A stretch of DNA of 64,000 nt from the human T2T-CHM13v2.0 reference genome, Homo sapiens, in the NCBI RefSeq assembly GCF_009914755.1, contig NC_060932.1; one strand, given 5' to 3'. A model generated the notes under the pieces. The model was not told the origin of the DNA and did not search any database. It worked only from the letters and a program-made list of their open reading frames with translations. A program made the translations under genes and the position numbers. Shown piece by piece: positions 60,697 to 64,000 of this stretch (position 1 is its first letter; each line of letters begins with the position of its first letter).

Positions 60697-61034
60697 TAGA
60701 AGGGGATGAGGACATAACTAACGTAGAATTATCCAGAAAGAGCAACCCCATTGTCTATCTTCCAGACCCAGAACTTCTAAAATCAGGAGAGCTCTTCCTA
60801 AATCTTTGAGATTGTTGTTCCTGGGCAGTCCCAGAGATATGTCTCAGATCACTAACCCTTAGGTTACTCTAAGCCTACCCTAGAAGAAAATCACACCTAC
60901 AATGTGGTCTTCTCCATGCCTCTGGCCAGATCGCCAAACTCCACAAAGTGAGTCTTATACTCAACAAGTACACTAGTCTTAAAAAAAAAAAAAACTTCAA
61001 GCCCTCACCTGACTAGTTTTAAAGCATAACTTAC

Positions 61035-61096
61035 AAAGCAAGCAAATCAATAGCAAAGTGCATCTGCCCATTGGGCTGATTCATTGCCACTGCAGT
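61035..61096 (-). other. Candidate exon (62 nt; TAVAMNQPNGQMHFAIDLLA)
   Basis: About 60-nt pure pyrimidine tract ending ttctcag|ACTGC...GCTTT|gtaagt. Confidence 0.4.
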
Positions 61097-61098
61097 CT

Positions 61099-61163
61099 GA
61101 GAAGAGAAGGAAGAGAAGAGAAGGAGAAGAGAAGGAAAAAAGAGAAGAAAGAAGAAGAGAGAA
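61099..61163. repeat. Polypurine (GA-rich) tract
   Basis: gagaagagaaggaagagaagagaaggagaagagaagg... purine-only run. Confidence 0.9.
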
Positions 61164-64000
61164 CGATGAGGAGGTACAGGAGGGAATGGGAAAGCTTGAT
61201 CATGAAGCTTATATTCTTCACAGCTGGAATTATTAGGGTTGATGCTAGCAAACCCAGGATTGCACCAAAGCATGAAATTGGCATTACTCTACCACTTTGG
61301 AGAAACTGTGGTTCTGCTTCTAAGGGCAAGGGCTTTCACAAAGGCCCCAGGAACCTGTCATGTCAAGCTTAGCAGCCTTTCTGATCAGGCCCCACAGCCC
61401 AAATCTCAACTCTTCCCAGGTGGCGCTGGAATGACTTGCCCTGGCTGGGCTCTGTGGTGATGTACATGTACAAACAAATCTGTTTATCTTTAGGTCTCAG
61501 AAGACCAATAAATAACCTTGGGATAAAAAGTAGTTGAGATAGTATGGGGTCTCAGATGGTTGGTTTTACAAAAGCTGCCTTTCATAAGAAACTGGAGTAT
61601 CCAGAAAAACTCTTAGGATATTCATAAACTTAAGTTATAAATAGTTATGAATAAGTTACTTAAACTTCAGTTAACTGTGGTCTTCAGAAAACTGGAATTT
61701 GATTAAAGCTAGCTGCAATGCAATGTAATTATATATTTTCATGGCTAAGTATTTTTTTTCTTTTCCCATAGCTAAGACCTTTTCCCCTCTAAAGTCTTTT
61801 TCTTACAAAATATGTTCAAGTGAACGTTGCTGTTTTTAGGGTTTTAATTTTAAATATGGTCTTCATGCATCTGCAATGTACGTGTAACTACTGGGAAATA
61901 AAACATCGTGCACATCCATAAAACATAACATTATGTTGCTGCAGACTAGCATGAACTCCAAAGTGCCAGTCCTGATGTGAAACCGGAGTCATTCTCCTGC
62001 CTCTTAATACCTTTTTCATCAGGTACAGAACAAATGATTTTTACCAGAGCTTAATTTTCATGGGATCTCTTAGGCACCTTGAGTGGAGAGGCAGAAGAAT
62101 TATAGAGAAAGAAAAGCTTGGCAAATGAACCCTTTCCCGGCACAAGGAGACTGGTTCAATATTATGAGCATTTCCACCCAAACCCTACTTGATCCATAGA
62201 CTCTATTGCCTAACGCCCTCCTCTCCAAAACCCCTGCTCCCATTGGTATTTCCCAAAAAGCAATAAAACACATAAGGAGCACTAGAAGAGTTCAAGGACA
62301 TTGAGCTACATTTTAATCCATAAAAACACAGGAAAACAATAAACAAAAATACCTTAATTCTTTGCCATAATCTCAACACAGCTAGTTCCTTGCAGTATTT
62401 CTAAACAGCTTCCTTAAGTGAAAGAGAAGCTTGTGTCAACCTAAAACACTCAATCACTAATTACCAAGATTAAAAATCCAAATACAGATGTGTTTTATTG
62501 TGTATATGTTATGTTTTAGGCATTTCTAAAACTTAACCTTCATTTAAAAAAAAAACTACCACACTGGCAGTGCTGAATACTTCCTTTTCAACTTATAACA
62601 AACATCCATGAACCTCTGGGATTTAAATAGTTTAACACACACACTCATCTTTGGAGCTTTTGTGAAATTCTCTAGAATACTCTGCTTTGTCACAAGTGGT
62701 TATATAAGCAGATAGGCTTTCTGGGTGAAAAATTGATGTCTAAGCCAAAATGGATTTCACAACATATGTACCAAAATGCAATTAGTTAAAGGAAATATTG
62801 AACTAAGAACTATAGGAAATAATTTTAAGGGAAAAGTTTCATTCAGAAGTTTGATTTTCTTTTGTTTCCAAAAAATGAGATGTTTTATTACGGTATATAT
62901 AGAAATACATTAGGGGCATTTAAATGCAATATATGTTAAACCTAATGAAAATTTTTGATTAAAAATTACTTTTGGTATACTCATGAAGTATTTAAATGAA
63001 AGAATCAAATAAACGTATATCATGTGAGGTTCTAATTTTCTAAATATAACTTTGAGTCTCTAGTGAGCTGAAAGTTTATAAATAAATAAGTGCTAGGCTG
63101 AGTCGCTCCACATAAGTCTTAGATCTATACAAGTAACCAGAATTCTCTGGCAACAGGCAGATCATGGGGGGCAAGTCAAATTTCTATCAGTTTCTTTTTA
63201 CCTTCATTCCATCATGAAAAACAACACTAGTTTACTTTTAGATAAGACAGAAAGTAGTATGTATTAAGGCAACATTCAGCAGAGTTTACATTTAAACTTC
63301 ATAATAACCTATTTCTACTGTATTTTGTCAGATCGTGTTCATATAAATTCAAACTGAATTTGACAAATTCTGTCAAGAGGGAAAAAAGGTCTGAATTATA
63401 TGTATCTGCCAGGAAGAAACATAAATGCAAAAACTGAAATGTTTCCAGATAAATTCCCCAGACTGTATATACTTTTCATTTTGTAATCATATGTTTTGTA
63501 ATCTCAACTTCATTTGGATAAAGATGCACAAATTTTAGCAAGATATTTGTTACCTTCTGTAGTGGAGATTTATTAAAATGTATCTTTTTTTTGAAAAAAG
63601 AATAAATCTGTCCAGGTGGCTTTTTTAAGGTAAAAAAAAAATTCCAGAATATACATGATTTGCATACCTATGAAGTAATTTTTGTGATGTGCTAAATCTG
63701 TCGTAAAATTTTTAGGTTTCTGTTAGAGATGTAAATATTTTCTTTAAAAATACAAGTATGTATGTATTGTCCCAGAAAAAAAGTACTTGGGAATAACAAT
63801 GATTTCATAAAGATTTAACAAATTTAACCAAATTTAACAAATATTGCTTCCATGGTAAATAATATCAACAAATAACATTTCTCTATTTTAAACATTTGCT
63901 GAATATAATGTTTATGTATTATTCTTTCTCCTTTGAATAATGTGGAAGGTATTCCAATTTCCATACAAATTCACTGGAATATTTAAGGAAATGTTATTGC

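Noticed and set aside
61058-61372. Lys/Glu/Arg-rich plus-strand ORF
   Set aside because: Translation of the GA-rich simple repeat; no ATG start or recognisable domain

Overview
AT-rich, CpG-poor primate (human-like) intronic/intergenic DNA dominated by interspersed repeats. It holds a near-full-length, 5'-truncated and disabled LINE-1 of L1PA3/L1PA4 type (14141-20083, minus strand, with TSD) and a nested L2 > L1M > (L1PB, inverted L1PA, Alu) stack at about 6.6-12.1 kb. There are also seven Alus, a THE1/MST solo LTR, many MIR/L2/L3 relics, MER5 and MADE1 DNA-transposon remnants, microsatellites and a processed COX6C pseudogene. I recognise no intact host protein-coding gene; nearly all ORF-track entries are repeat-derived or chance ORFs. 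I cannot support a claim of a new biological system. The best leads are: (1) phase-compatible clusters of minus-strand exon-like segments in unique DNA (about 20.8-21.7 kb and 61-63.7 kb), possibly a decayed or unannotated gene; (2) a COX6C pseudogene carrying non-anthropoid-like residues; (3) several mechanistically informative L1 structures; (4) a MADE1 hairpin with an odd internal insert. Repeat subfamilies were called from recalled consensus sequences, and boundaries of old repeats are approximate.
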